Shown one piece after another: positions 18,143-30,412 of a stretch of DNA of 64,000 bases. The DNA lies in assembly GCA_002773135.1 (NCBI GenBank), contig PFCB01000023.1, positions 1,018-65,017 of the forward strand, given 5' to 3'. A program made the position numbers and the translations under genes. The DNA is from Candidatus Magasanikbacteria bacterium CG10_big_fil_rev_8_21_14_0_10_47_10 (GTDB taxonomy: Bacteria > Patescibacteriota > Patescibacteriia > Magasanikbacterales > UBA922). Within the stretch, counting starts at the first letter, position 1, and every line of letters begins with the position of its first letter. Under the pieces are notes generated by a model. It ran no database searches and was not told the origin of the DNA. It was given only the letters and a program-made list of their open reading frames with translations.

Positions 18143-19549
18143 ATGAAGAAAGATCTCTCACAATTTGGCATAGTCGGTTTGGGCACCATGGGATCCGCGC
18201 TGGCACGAAATATTGAAAGTCGCGGCCTGCGCGTCTCAGTGTACAATCGGCACGCCGATAAAACAGCGGCGTTTCTGAAATCATACCCAGACAGCGGCTT
18301 TACCGGATCCAAAAGCCTGCGGACTTTTGCCCTGAGCCTGGCAACACCACGAAAAATTATGCTAATGGTTGATGCCGGACCCGCGGTCGACGCTGTTATT
18401 GCGTCGCTTCTCCCACATCTACAAAAAGGAGATATTATTGTGGACGGGGGTAATTCCCACTATAGAGACACACAGCGCAGAGAAAAAGCGCTCAGTGAAA
18501 AAAGTATATTTTTCATAGGTTGCGGCGTATCGGGAGGAGAAGAAGGCGCGCTCAAGGGACCGAGTTTAATGCCCGGTGGAAACGCCGCTGCCTACAAAAA
18601 AGTCGCGCCCGTCTTCAAAGCAATCGCCGCGAAAGACTTTTCCGGGGAACCGTGCGTCACGCGTGTTGGCGCCAATGGCGCCGGGCACTATGTAAAAATG
18701 GTGCACAACGGCATTGAATACGGCATCATGCAGCTGCTTGCGGAAACGTATCACCTTCTCTCAACGGTTTACGGGATGCCGCCGCCTCGAATTGCGCAAA
18801 TGTTTGCGTCGTGGAATCGGGGGAAGCATCATTCGTACTTGTTTGAAATTGTTCAACACGTCCTGCTAGCACAAGACGATACAAAAAAAGGATACCTGAT
18901 CAACGCTATTTCTGACGTAGCGGCAGCAAAAGGAACCGGCATGTGGGCGTCTCTTGACGCGCTGGATCGCGGCGTCCCCGTTCCTACCATTACCGAAGCC
19001 GTGTACGCCCGCTACATTTCCGCGGACAAAACCCGCCGAGCCGTCCTGCAAAAAAAATACTCTCATTCCTACCGGCGAAACGGCCTCCCAAACAATCCCG
19101 CCGATCTTATTGGGGACGCGCTGTATGCCGCGATTATTTCTACGTTTGCACAAGGGTACGATTTAATCGCTCGGGCGGCACAAGAAGAAAAATGGCAGAT
19201 CAACCTTGCTGAGATCTCGCGCATTTGGGAAGGCGGCTGCATTATCCGAGCAAAATTGCTCAAAACATTCCACGCGGCATTTGCCGCCTCTCCGCATGCC
19301 CACCTTTTTGAAACCAAACAAGTTCAATCTCTTGTACAACGCCATGCGCCAAAACTTGCGCTATTTGTCTCCGGAGCAAACAGTAGCGGCATACCGCTTC
19401 CGGCGTTTTCGTCAAGCCTGTATTACTATGAATCCATCAGAGAGCACCGGCTGCCATCAAACCTGATACAAGGACTGCGGGATTATTTTGGCGCCCACGG
19501 TTTTGAGAGAACAGACCGGTCCGGAACGTTTCACGCGGATTGGAAATAA
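18143..19549 (+). CDS. gnd: 6-phosphogluconate dehydrogenase, decarboxylating
   Basis: NAD(P)-binding GIVGLGTMGSALARNI, GCGVSGGEEGA and the C-terminal 6PGD domain. Confidence 0.9.
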   Translation: MKKDLSQFGIVGLGTMGSALARNIESRGLRVSVYNRHADKTAAFLKSYPDSGFTGSKSLRTFALSLATPRKIMLMVDAGPAVDAVIASLLPHLQKGDIIVDGGNSHYRDTQRREKALSEKSIFFIGCGVSGGEEGALKGPSLMPGGNAAAYKKVAPVFKAIAAKDFSGEPCVTRVGANGAGHYVKMVHNGIEYGIMQLLAETYHLLSTVYGMPPPRIAQMFASWNRGKHHSYLFEIVQHVLLAQDDTKKGYLINAISDVAAAKGTGMWASLDALDRGVPVPTITEAVYARYISADKTRRAVLQKKYSHSYRRNGLPNNPADLIGDALYAAIISTFAQGYDLIARAAQEEKWQINLAEISRIWEGGCIIRAKLLKTFHAAFAASPHAHLFETKQVQSLVQRHAPKLALFVSGANSSGIPLPAFSSSLYYYESIREHRLPSNLIQGLRDYFGAHGFERTDRSGTFHADWK

Positions 19550-19558
19550 TCAAACCAT

Positions 19559-20983
19559 ATGCATGCACGCAACATAGAAAAACCCTTTATTCTCACCATT
19601 TATGGTGCGTCCGGCGACCTGGCATACCTCAAACTTTTTTCGAGTATATACGCCATTGCTGAACAGAAAAGATTTCCCAAAGATTATCACATCGTTGGAT
19701 TTGGGAGAACCTCTCTTTCCAAAAAGGAATTCCGTGCTCGATTTGAGAAAGGCGTTCGCGACAATCTTGGGTATGCACCCAGAGAGAAAGTCTTACAATC
19801 GCTCTTACGCCATGTGTCCTATTTTCACGGAGAGTACAACAATCTGGAATCATTTAGACAATACAAATCATTTAGAAACGAACTGTGCGCGTCAAAACCT
19901 CACACACGAATAGAATATTTTTCCGTTCCCCCCGCGTTGTTTGGTGATATAGTAAAAAATTTGGCAGCAACAAAAAAAAGCAAAAAAGAAGACATCCGTC
20001 TTATCATGGAAAAGCCCTTCGGTCGAGACAAAGCATCAGCTCAGCAGCTGTTTCACTTTGTTTCCCAATACTTTTCCGAGGATCAATTTTATTTGCTCGA
20101 CCACTACCTTGGGAAATCATCGGTTCAAAGTATTCTCAATATGCGACATACCAATCGCATACTTTCCAATATCATGCGTGGTGAAGAAATTGCAAATATT
20201 CAAATTACAGCCTTTGAAACAACCGGCGTGGAAAATAGAATCGATTACTTTGAAGAAACCGGCATTGTTCGGGACTTTATCCAATCACATTTGCTGCAAA
20301 TATTTGCGCTTGTGACCATGAATATACCAAACCATCATGAAGCTGATAGTCTTCAACGCGAAAAAATGGCCATGCTAGAAGCCGCAGACTGTATGTGTGA
20401 TGGCGCGAACGTGGTGCTTGGTCAGTACAAAAGCTATCGCAAACAAAAAAAAGTGAAGCGGGGCTCAAAGACAGAAACCTTTGCTGCTGTTCGACTTTTG
20501 ATTGACAAGCAGGACTGGCATGGCGTTCCGATATATATCCGAACCGGAAAAAAATTAAAGAAAAAAAGCACGTACGTAGTCATTGAATTTAAAAAATTCC
20601 CATTTCAATCTGATAAGGAAACCCCAAATCGAATTATCATTGAATTCTTCCCGTTTCCAAAAATAACTCTTCAGATGATCAATTTTCAAGAAGGAATTGA
20701 CACCTACCAACACCTGAATGCCAGCGCATCCATTGCCTGTGACATTGAAGGTTGTCTTCCTGAACATGCAGATCTCATATTAGACGCCATAAACAAACAA
20801 AAACTTCATTTTTTAAGTTTTGGTGAAATTATGGCTAGTTGGGATGTGGTCGATGAAATTGCAGACAATATAGAACAAGGGCATATTTCAGTGACGCCAT
20901 ATGCCGATCATTCAAACGGCCCGGCGAAACAACATATGCTCACCAATAAGGATGGTTTTGAGTGGGTGGAATTGCCCAGGTAA
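19559..20983 (+). CDS. zwf: Glucose-6-phosphate 1-dehydrogenase
   Basis: IYGASGDLA NADP motif and EKPFGRD active-site motif. Confidence 0.9.
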   Translation: MHARNIEKPFILTIYGASGDLAYLKLFSSIYAIAEQKRFPKDYHIVGFGRTSLSKKEFRARFEKGVRDNLGYAPREKVLQSLLRHVSYFHGEYNNLESFRQYKSFRNELCASKPHTRIEYFSVPPALFGDIVKNLAATKKSKKEDIRLIMEKPFGRDKASAQQLFHFVSQYFSEDQFYLLDHYLGKSSVQSILNMRHTNRILSNIMRGEEIANIQITAFETTGVENRIDYFEETGIVRDFIQSHLLQIFALVTMNIPNHHEADSLQREKMAMLEAADCMCDGANVVLGQYKSYRKQKKVKRGSKTETFAAVRLLIDKQDWHGVPIYIRTGKKLKKKSTYVVIEFKKFPFQSDKETPNRIIIEFFPFPKITLQMINFQEGIDTYQHLNASASIACDIEGCLPEHADLILDAINKQKLHFLSFGEIMASWDVVDEIADNIEQGHISVTPYADHSNGPAKQHMLTNKDGFEWVELPR

Positions 20984-20992
20984 ATACTTCGT

Positions 20993-21625
20993 ATGCATGT
21001 TCAAACATTCACAGACAACAAGTCATTCATTCACAAAAGTGCTCAAATAATTATAGAGGCGTGTACGCAAGAAAAATCCTGCATTGGACTAAGCGGTGGG
21101 AAAACACCCATCCCAATATACCGTGAATTAACCCCACAGGATGTGGCGTCAGCGCAGCTGTATATGTTAGATGAACGGTACGTACCAGACAGTGACCCGA
21201 GATCGAATGTACATACTATTTCCATGGCGCTGCCACATGTACCGATTGAAAATTTTGATACATCGCTGCCAATTGAACAGTCATTGGCTGCGTATTCAAA
21301 AAAACTTCCCGAGATGTTTACTCTATGCATTCTTGGCATTGGGACAGACGGCCACGTTACGTCACTGTTCCCCCATTCTCCGGCACTTACTGAAAAAAAA
21401 AACGTGGCACATACAACGACCAACATTCTGGATGTTCGAGACAGATTGACAGTAACTTTTCCACTGATTGTATCTTCAAAAAAAATTCTTCTGGTAGCAG
21501 CCGGAAAATCAAAAAAACAAATAATTGATGACCTGCTCCATTCCAATAAAACAACGGATGAGTTGCCGGCAAAAAAATTGCTGGGACATCCAAACATCAC
21601 CATCCATTATCTGCAATCCGTATGA
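20993..21625 (+). CDS. pgl: 6-phosphogluconolactonase
   Basis: LSGGKTP motif and a glucosamine-6-P isomerase-like fold. Adjacent to zwf. Confidence 0.8.
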   Translation: MHVQTFTDNKSFIHKSAQIIIEACTQEKSCIGLSGGKTPIPIYRELTPQDVASAQLYMLDERYVPDSDPRSNVHTISMALPHVPIENFDTSLPIEQSLAAYSKKLPEMFTLCILGIGTDGHVTSLFPHSPALTEKKNVAHTTTNILDVRDRLTVTFPLIVSSKKILLVAAGKSKKQIIDDLLHSNKTTDELPAKKLLGHPNITIHYLQSV

Positions 21626-22248
21626 AACCCAAGCATGATAGGCTTATCATAATGGACTTTGACCATACCATGTTCAATACAACCACATTTGTGGCCGCGC
21701 TAAAAAAAGAATTTCAGGAACAGTTTGGCATTGACGAGGCGACGTTCGCAAAGTACAGAGATCACATCAAAAAATGCAACAAAGTGATTGATATTGACCG
21801 GTTTGTAGAGCATATACCGCATACAGACAAAACAGGCATGCATGAAACAATCAGAGACCTGCTGCACCGATGCGCGGACAAATGGATTTTTGACGATGTT
21901 CGTGAATTTATGAACAGACACCAAGACCGCTTTGATATTGCCGTTGTCACCAACGGAGATATAGAGCTGCAGTCTGCAAAAATACACAATAGTAAATTGC
22001 CGGGGTCGTTTCACACTGATATATCAACCGACCCAAAGCAGGAGGTCGTTGCCCGTCTTATTGCCCCGTATAAAAAAATCTATTTCATTGACGACAAACC
22101 GCGTACAATTGAAGCGGTAAAAAAAGCGCATCCCACGGTGCTCACCTACTTTATGACCCGCGACGAAGATCATCCGTACAAAGACGACTGCCCATCATGC
22201 CGCGGGGCGGACTACGCGGTCGCAGGCCTTACCTTTGATATCCCATAA
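21622..22248 (+). CDS. HAD-like hydrolase
   Basis: MDFDHTMF is a DxDxT motif at the N-terminus. Confidence 0.5.
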   Translation: MKPKHDRLIIMDFDHTMFNTTTFVAALKKEFQEQFGIDEATFAKYRDHIKKCNKVIDIDRFVEHIPHTDKTGMHETIRDLLHRCADKWIFDDVREFMNRHQDRFDIAVVTNGDIELQSAKIHNSKLPGSFHTDISTDPKQEVVARLIAPYKKIYFIDDKPRTIEAVKKAHPTVLTYFMTRDEDHPYKDDCPSCRGADYAVAGLTFDIP

Positions 22249-22792
22249 CATGAAGGTTCGTATTTCTCTTATTTTATTACTTTTCACGGGCGCCGGCTGC
22301 GCTCCTGTTTTCAGACCGTCTATGCAACTTTCATCACCTGCTTTTTCGTCCAATCAATCTATTCCCGCAACCTATTCATGCGATGGAGACAATACAAGCC
22401 CGGAACTTCACATCAATGCAATACCGGAAAACGCGCAAAGTCTGGTGCTCATCATGGATGATCCGGATATACCGCAAGAAATAAAAGAAAACCGAGGCAT
22501 AGATGTATTTGACCACTGGGTGCTTTTTAATATAGCCCCCCAAACCACTGTCCTCGAACAGGGAAGCACGGCCGGTACTCCGGGTGCCAATGGACGAGGC
22601 GAAAGCGCCTACACCGGTCCGTGCCCACCGACACAATATCAGCCCACAGAGCACCGATATTTTTTCAAACTCTACGCGCTAGACGCAATGCTCAATCTCC
22701 CGGCAGGCGCGAGCAAGACAGACGTTGAAGCGGCAATGGAGGGGCACATATTGGAGCAAGCTGAGTTGATAGGGACATACGATCGGTCATAA
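22235..22792 (+). CDS. YbhB/YbcL-family PEBP (Raf-kinase-inhibitor-like) protein, lipoprotein/secreted
   Basis: N-terminal signal peptide with lipobox-like GAGC. PEBP motifs DDPDIP...FDHWVLFNI...GPCPP...HRYFFKLYAL. Confidence 0.8.
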   Translation: MISHNMKVRISLILLLFTGAGCAPVFRPSMQLSSPAFSSNQSIPATYSCDGDNTSPELHINAIPENAQSLVLIMDDPDIPQEIKENRGIDVFDHWVLFNIAPQTTVLEQGSTAGTPGANGRGESAYTGPCPPTQYQPTEHRYFFKLYALDAMLNLPAGASKTDVEAAMEGHILEQAELIGTYDRS

Positions 22793-22802
22793 ATCCATAC
22801 CT

Positions 22803-23084
22803 CTAGGCTAACTCGGCTTTCCGGTTCATGCGCAGCCGGATTCGTTGTATAGCGTGCATTGCAGTTGTGACAAAAGCCGACATAATAGCCGCAATGCCCG
22901 TAAACAACAGACCGGCCTGGCCGCACGCTTCATACCCAACCTGTTTGGTAATTAACTCAATAAATGCCCAACATCCACGCTGTCCTCCATAATTCATGAA
23001 CATCAGAAAACCGATAATTGAAAACAGGGTTCCTCCGAATGTCCCTGCAACAAACTGCACCAACCTAGCATTATTTGACATCAT
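22803..23084 (-). CDS. Small hypothetical membrane protein
   Basis: 93 aa with 2-3 predicted TM segments. Confidence 0.4.
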   Translation of the reverse strand: MMSNNARLVQFVAGTFGGTLFSIIGFLMFMNYGGQRGCWAFIELITKQVGYEACGQAGLLFTGIAAIMSAFVTTAMHAIQRIRLRMNRKAELA

Positions 23085-23130
23085 ATATGAATTTCCCCCC
23101 CCTTGTATTTTGTTTCTTTGTCTCCTTCAC

Positions 23131-24240
23131 CTACCACTCCACCGAGTTAAACTGACTCACGACCTGTACCCATATCTTGCCAGGATGAAACGATATTTGT
23201 TCACCGGTATCATCCAGCCATTTTGTGCGCTCACGCAATTCTTCCTTTTCCCACGTGCCTTCAATGGCTTGCCCCCCTTGAAAAATAACAGCCTTTCCAC
23301 TCCCAATAGTATCAATGTTAAGGCGGCCGACATCATCTACCACGCGCGCGGTCACCAGCTGGACAATCACAGTGTCCGCATGAATTTCTTCACCATCTTG
23401 GTCAGCATCAACTCGACGAAACTCATACCTATCGTACACCCCGGTTTCACCATTATACTTCCACGATGGCTTGTATCCCCCACCACCATAACTCAGTGAT
23501 ATTGTTTGATCACAATCAGTCTCACACATATCAATATCATCTGAAAAATGCCAGGACTCAAACTCGTGTGGAGCGTCTACATCGGCATAGCGCTCCAAGG
23601 CTGCATTCCACAGGTTGCTTGACGTATACGCGTTGTGCGGCGCGAATCGGTCGGTGGCTCTCCAATAATACCAACCGCGAGAAAATTCATTCATGTCGAA
23701 AATGCTTTCTTTTTGAATTTTTGCCAACGCCTCAGGTGAACCCCCAACGTGCATGTACATAGTGCTTGGATATTCAAGCAACCAATCCAAATAATACGGT
23801 CGCGCGCTTCTTACCGGACCCACTTTCTCCGCTTCTTGAAAAGATGGGAAAATGGCCATAAGACGCGGGATGCTGCCTTCTACCGGCGCTTCATACACAA
23901 GCGATGCTTTGGCAATACCGGAAAGTGGCTGGGCGTCCACATGATTTTCTACCATCACGGCAACCAATTGCGGTGATTGCGCCCCGATATTGCCGACACA
24001 GACACCATCGATAAATCTCCGAAGCGCGCACGACCCTGTATTTTCCGTACCCTTATCACTGCGTGTTTCTTTGAGGCTTCTGCCTAAGTCTGTCTTTCTT
24101 GGTGTAACAAAAAACCACAGCGCGAGCATCACCGCAATGGCAATAATTATGGCGGACAGCACAAACATAAGCTGCTCAGCATCTTTTACATGCAACACTT
24201 TTTCTACCTTTCCCAAAAATGGATGCTTCTTTTTTGACAT
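23131..24240 (-). CDS. DUF3048-domain protein, membrane-anchored/extracytoplasmic
   Basis: N-terminal TM segment. ...VAVMVENHVDAQPLSGIAKASLVYEAPVEGSIPRLMAIF... resembles the DUF3048 N-terminal signature. Confidence 0.6.
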   Translation of the reverse strand: MSKKKHPFLGKVEKVLHVKDAEQLMFVLSAIIIAIAVMLALWFFVTPRKTDLGRSLKETRSDKGTENTGSCALRRFIDGVCVGNIGAQSPQLVAVMVENHVDAQPLSGIAKASLVYEAPVEGSIPRLMAIFPSFQEAEKVGPVRSARPYYLDWLLEYPSTMYMHVGGSPEALAKIQKESIFDMNEFSRGWYYWRATDRFAPHNAYTSSNLWNAALERYADVDAPHEFESWHFSDDIDMCETDCDQTISLSYGGGGYKPSWKYNGETGVYDRYEFRRVDADQDGEEIHADTVIVQLVTARVVDDVGRLNIDTIGSGKAVIFQGGQAIEGTWEKEELRERTKWLDDTGEQISFHPGKIWVQVVSQFNSVEW

Positions 24241-24269
24241 ATATCAATCCTATCAAACTTTGGTAAAAG

Positions 24270-24295
24270 AAAAAAGGCTCATGCAGAGCCTTTTT
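24270..24295 (-). terminator. Rho-independent terminator downstream of rplY on the minus strand
   Basis: GGCTC atgca GAGCC stem flanked by A- and T-tracts. Confidence 0.5.
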
Positions 24296-24304
24296 CGCAA
24301 TGTC

Positions 24305-24994
24305 CTATTTCCCTTTTTCCTCTTTTTTCGCTTTTTCATCTTTTGCCTCTCCTTCTTCACCTTCCACCTCAGCCTTGCCTTTTTCTTCCACCTTAATATC
24401 TTCAATACTGCCGGCTCCCTCTTCTTCCATGGCCTTCAACTGGTCTTCGGTCAACGGAGGCGTTACCTTTGCAACCAGAGCCGTTGCATCTTCCAGTAGA
24501 GTAATTCCAGCAGGAACGTGAATATCCGCAACAGTAATAGTATCTTCAAATGTTTTTAAGGTTGTTAAATCCACAGCGATTGATTCGACCAAATCTTTTG
24601 GTAAACACTTTGCTGACACCGAATCCATAAACATCACGGTTGTTCCTCCGGCTTCCTTCTCTGCAGGAGACGCCCCTTCAAACTCAAGATAAATGGTGAC
24701 TTCTATGGCTTCATTCATGGTAACATGTCGAAAATCAACATGAATCATTTTTCCTTTTACCGGATCATATTGAATATCTTTCACCAAAACAGGAACTTTT
24801 TCCTGGCCCGGTATATTCAGCTCAATAATGGTCGATTCACCGGCATGTTCATACAATTTTTCAAATGCGACATATGGAACGGCAACAGAAAAAGCATCAA
24901 TATGCGGTCCGTATACAACCGCCGGAATTTGATTGGCTTCACGAAGCGTTCCCGCGTTTTTTTCTCTTGTTGTTGCGTCAAGTGCCAAAATCAT
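24305..24994 (-). CDS. rplY: 50S ribosomal protein L25 / general stress protein Ctc, with a charged C-terminal tail
   Basis: L25 N-domain (TREKNAGTLREANQIPAVVYG) plus beta-barrel C-domain, then a KAEVEGEEGEAKDEKAKKEEKGK tail. Confidence 0.85.
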   Translation of the reverse strand: MILALDATTREKNAGTLREANQIPAVVYGPHIDAFSVAVPYVAFEKLYEHAGESTIIELNIPGQEKVPVLVKDIQYDPVKGKMIHVDFRHVTMNEAIEVTIYLEFEGASPAEKEAGGTTVMFMDSVSAKCLPKDLVESIAVDLTTLKTFEDTITVADIHVPAGITLLEDATALVAKVTPPLTEDQLKAMEEEGAGSIEDIKVEEKGKAEVEGEEGEAKDEKAKKEEKGK

Positions 24995-24997
24995 ATT

Positions 24998-25423
24998 CTA
25001 GTCCTTCATGAAATGATAAATAAATTCTTTTTGTCGCTTGCGAATCATCTGGGCAAAATCTATGACAGCATTCTCGTCCAGACCGCTGCTGTCGCGCAGT
25101 CGCAGAACATCGCTTTCCGATAAATCAGTCAGCATGCCAACAGCGCCGACACCAAGACCCGGATCAACAATAAACGCAAGAACGGAATTTTGGCATTGCC
25201 CGCAGGTCATATGAACCAACTGAGCACCGCAATCCTCTTCAACAACGCGCATATTATCGATCACGTAGGCTGTTTTGCACAGCGGACAAGGCTGCAACCC
25301 ACGCAACCCCGGTAAAATATCTGCCATAGTGAAAGTGGAAAGATGATACCAACTATTGATCGTTTTGTCAAGAAACAAGGGCCTCCTCACGATCGTAGTG
25401 AGTATACCACCCACGGCGCTCAT
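24998..25423 (-). CDS. Hypothetical zinc-ribbon protein
   Basis: Two Cys pairs: CPLC...CGQC. Confidence 0.45.
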   Translation of the reverse strand: MSAVGGILTTIVRRPLFLDKTINSWYHLSTFTMADILPGLRGLQPCPLCKTAYVIDNMRVVEEDCGAQLVHMTCGQCQNSVLAFIVDPGLGVGAVGMLTDLSESDVLRLRDSSGLDENAVIDFAQMIRKRQKEFIYHFMKD

Positions 25424-25426
25424 GAG

Positions 25427-26533
25427 CTATCTTTTGTGGCTTGAACGCCCCAAACTCTGAACCATACCCAGCACACTATACCCCATTATAAGAGAAGAAC
25501 CCCCATAGCTGACAAATGGCAAGGGAACCCCGGTAACCGGTAGCACCCCTGTAGCCCCCCCTATGTTTACCATTATTTGAACGAATAAAAATAGCAGCAC
25601 CCCCATGATGGTATAGGCGGAGAAATCATCCTTTGCCATTTTTGCCAAACGAAGCAGGCGAAGCAACAAAATTAAATATAAGACAAGCAAAGAAAACAAA
25701 CCAACAAATCCCAGCTCTTCGCCAATGACCGATACGATAAAGTCGGTCTGCGCCTCCGGCAAAAAATGCAGCTGACTTTGTGATCCAAAGCCAAGCCCGC
25801 GACCAAAAAATTGACCCGACCCAATGGCGATAATGGATTGCGTGACATTGTAGCCACTGCCAAGCGGATCCAGTTCCGGGTTGAGAAACGTCAACACGCG
25901 CTCTTTTTGGTATTGTTCAAAAAGGAAAAACCACCCAACCACCGCAATCACGACCGCGGCAAGAACTGTCATAACGATGTACCTTTTTTTTGTGCCGGCC
26001 ATAAGTACAAGCCCGAACCATATGCCGACAAGAACCAATGATGAACCTAAATCCGGCTGTAGCAGTATAAGCCCCACATATAACCCTGTGGCAAGACCAC
26101 TTGATACAACAAACTCCCACGCGTCAAAGCGCCTGCCCTGACGGCTGATCCACCACCCAAGCATGAGTATCAAGGATGCTTTGGCAAATTCGGCGGGTTG
26201 AAATGAAAAGCCAAAAAAACGAAACCAGCCGGTTGTACCACGAATTGTCACGCCAAAAAACAAAACCAGAGTCAGCAACAGCAGGCCGACAATATAAATA
26301 ATCCTGGATGCGGACTCATAGCGTACTTTATGAATGTGGCTTGAAACAAGAAAGAAAATGAATCCAATACCAATGGCAACGGCCTGTGTTGGAAAATATA
26401 AAAGCTCTGTTCCGCGCGATAAATCAACACTGTAAATGGCCGCCAGGCCAAACAAGCTTAAAATAAAAAGAACGATTGTCAGCATCCAATCGTACCCTGC
26501 AAAAAAACCCTGTATTTGCCGCACATATTGCAT
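25427..26533 (-). CDS. SEDS-family peptidoglycan glycosyltransferase (RodA/FtsW)
   Basis: 368 aa with 10 TM segments and conserved SEDS blocks. Confidence 0.85.
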   Translation of the reverse strand: MQYVRQIQGFFAGYDWMLTIVLFILSLFGLAAIYSVDLSRGTELLYFPTQAVAIGIGFIFFLVSSHIHKVRYESASRIIYIVGLLLLTLVLFFGVTIRGTTGWFRFFGFSFQPAEFAKASLILMLGWWISRQGRRFDAWEFVVSSGLATGLYVGLILLQPDLGSSLVLVGIWFGLVLMAGTKKRYIVMTVLAAVVIAVVGWFFLFEQYQKERVLTFLNPELDPLGSGYNVTQSIIAIGSGQFFGRGLGFGSQSQLHFLPEAQTDFIVSVIGEELGFVGLFSLLVLYLILLLRLLRLAKMAKDDFSAYTIMGVLLFLFVQIMVNIGGATGVLPVTGVPLPFVSYGGSSLIMGYSVLGMVQSLGRSSHKR

Positions 26534-26538
26534 ACGCG

Positions 26539-27432
26539 CTATTGTCCGACAGGCAAATACGAATGTGAATCAAAAATATTTATCAAAGGTATCAATTCAA
26601 TACGGCTGACGCCGCCAACGTCCTGATAAAGACGATAGTCAACAGATCGCCTTTCGCCGCCTCTAAACGTGGGTTCAGACATGTGGACGACCCCCACGAC
26701 GTCATTCCCGCGGTATAACAAGACCAAAAAATCCGCCTGCCAATAACTGTAAACGGAATTGTTGGTCAAGTCAAATGTAAGCGTGCTCCCAATACCATCT
26801 TGGCTCTGGGTAAAAGCCAAATTTTCCGGTTCAAACGCAAGGCGCTCTTCTCTAAAACTTGCCGGGTCTGCAATGACATGTGTATCCAGACGCTCCCACA
26901 CAATGTCATCGACAACCAATTGCGCGCGAGCCGGAAAGCTTTCATTTTCAAAACCCAACAGGGGCGCATACGACTCCGTCCCCGGCAAAATGGTCACGGT
27001 CTGTGCCGGTGTTCGTCCTGTTGCAAACTGATACTCATAATGAATATGCGCGACAAACATAGGATTGGGATTGGATACGGGTGTGACCAAATCATATGTG
27101 TTTCGCGATCCCTGATACACCTGTGGCTGACCAAAAATAAGAGGCCGTGCCTCATACATATTTTGTCGACTCTCATAATTTGGAAACTCCAAAACTTGCG
27201 ACCGATACAGCGCCCTGTCCTGCCAGTAGTCGTACGCTATGTATTTCCCCCAAATTATCAGACCAATACCCACTGTAATTGCTCCCCAGCTGCTTAGGAT
27301 AATAACGATAATTTTGCGGAGCTGCAGCTTGTGACGCACAAACCAAATACCACGCTCCAGCCCCTTGCTCGAGAGCGAACCTGATGTATCCTGATATTTT
27401 TTTAATTTGTCTTCCTGCTTTTTTCCAAACAT
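26539..27432 (-). CDS. Hypothetical membrane-anchored protein
   Basis: 297 aa with one TM segment near the N-terminus. Adjacent to the SEDS gene. No recognised family. Confidence 0.5.
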   Translation of the reverse strand: MFGKKQEDKLKKYQDTSGSLSSKGLERGIWFVRHKLQLRKIIVIILSSWGAITVGIGLIIWGKYIAYDYWQDRALYRSQVLEFPNYESRQNMYEARPLIFGQPQVYQGSRNTYDLVTPVSNPNPMFVAHIHYEYQFATGRTPAQTVTILPGTESYAPLLGFENESFPARAQLVVDDIVWERLDTHVIADPASFREERLAFEPENLAFTQSQDGIGSTLTFDLTNNSVYSYWQADFLVLLYRGNDVVGVVHMSEPTFRGGERRSVDYRLYQDVGGVSRIELIPLINIFDSHSYLPVGQ

Positions 27433-27485
27433 GTACCGGTAGTATACACCAAAATGCCACTTCTTTCACCCCTTGTTTTCGCTGA

Positions 27486-29597
<2,112 letters not shown>

Positions 29598-29610
29598 AAT
29601 TTACCCGTTA

Positions 29611-29642
29611 ACAAAAAATCACCTCGTAAGGTGATTTTTTGT
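29611..29642. terminator. Rho-independent, bidirectional-type terminator after gyrB
   Basis: AAAAAATCACCT cgta AGGTGATTTTTT. Confidence 0.55.
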
Positions 29643-29691
29643 TTGTCCTCCTTTCTCCTATGTAGTGGCGATGCGCACATGCCGCTGCTGA

Positions 29692-30186
29692 TCAGTTGCG
29701 ACAGGTGGGCGCGAATGTGTTTTCCTTGTCCGTTGACTTGGGCCAGACGATGCCATCGCTGTACAGGCAGGCCAGACGCTCCGGCAGATCAGTCCGAGAG
29801 GCATTCACGGACAGGATGAAGACCAGTCGCCTACCCCACCAATCGTCATGCCACTCCAGCGTGTGTCCCTCTTGCTTTGCCCTCTCAAGCACCGTGATCA
29901 GCCGGTCGGCCGCGTCATTGATCATGTTTCGAATAGTGATCCGTTCACTGGTCGACGTGCTGAGAACGTCGGAGCAGGCGATCCTGGTCAGGAAGTTCAA
30001 GTCCTGCGTAAACCGCCGGTACGCATGCTGTTCCTCGCCGTCAGAGCGCTGTTCGAGCTGCGCGGCCCGAATGGTGCGCATCCGGTCCGTGCACCCATCA
30101 GACGTCTCATCCGACATCTGTGGCTGCGCGCCGCAGCCCGACAGGGCCACAGAAAGAAGAAAACTCATCCTCGCGATCGCGCGCAT
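29692..30186 (-). CDS. Hypothetical lipoprotein encoded in GC-rich island B
   Basis: 164 aa with signal peptide and lipobox LSGC. SD GAAGGGA lies upstream. The sequence is visibly GC-rich with GC3 bias. Confidence 0.55.
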   Translation of the reverse strand: MRAIARMSFLLSVALSGCGAQPQMSDETSDGCTDRMRTIRAAQLEQRSDGEEQHAYRRFTQDLNFLTRIACSDVLSTSTSERITIRNMINDAADRLITVLERAKQEGHTLEWHDDWWGRRLVFILSVNASRTDLPERLACLYSDGIVWPKSTDKENTFAPTCRN

Positions 30187-30300
30187 GTCATCTATCCCTT
30201 CATTCGGTTAGAATCAGCAATTCCACGACAACTCACTTTGCCGCGGATCTCGTGTTATATACCACAGTGTGGCCCCCTTGTAAAGATATCCACTCCCCCC

Positions 30301-30329
30301 TTGACAAATCCGCTTCTTTCCCGTATACT
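30301..30329 (+). promoter_or_regulatory. Sigma70 consensus promoter for secE-nusG-rplK: TTGACA-N17-TATACT
   Basis: TTGACA at 30301-30306 and TATACT at 30324-30329. The leader contains a GGCC-aaa-GGCC hairpin plus T7 at 30342-30359 and a tandem AGACTGTCG repeat at 30389-30411. Confidence 0.5.
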
Positions 30330-30412
30330 TCTTTTCGAACTGGCCAAAGGCCTTTTTTTAATAACTTGGTCAACGGGCTACAGATGGTAGACTGTCGACC
30401 ACAGACTGTCGC

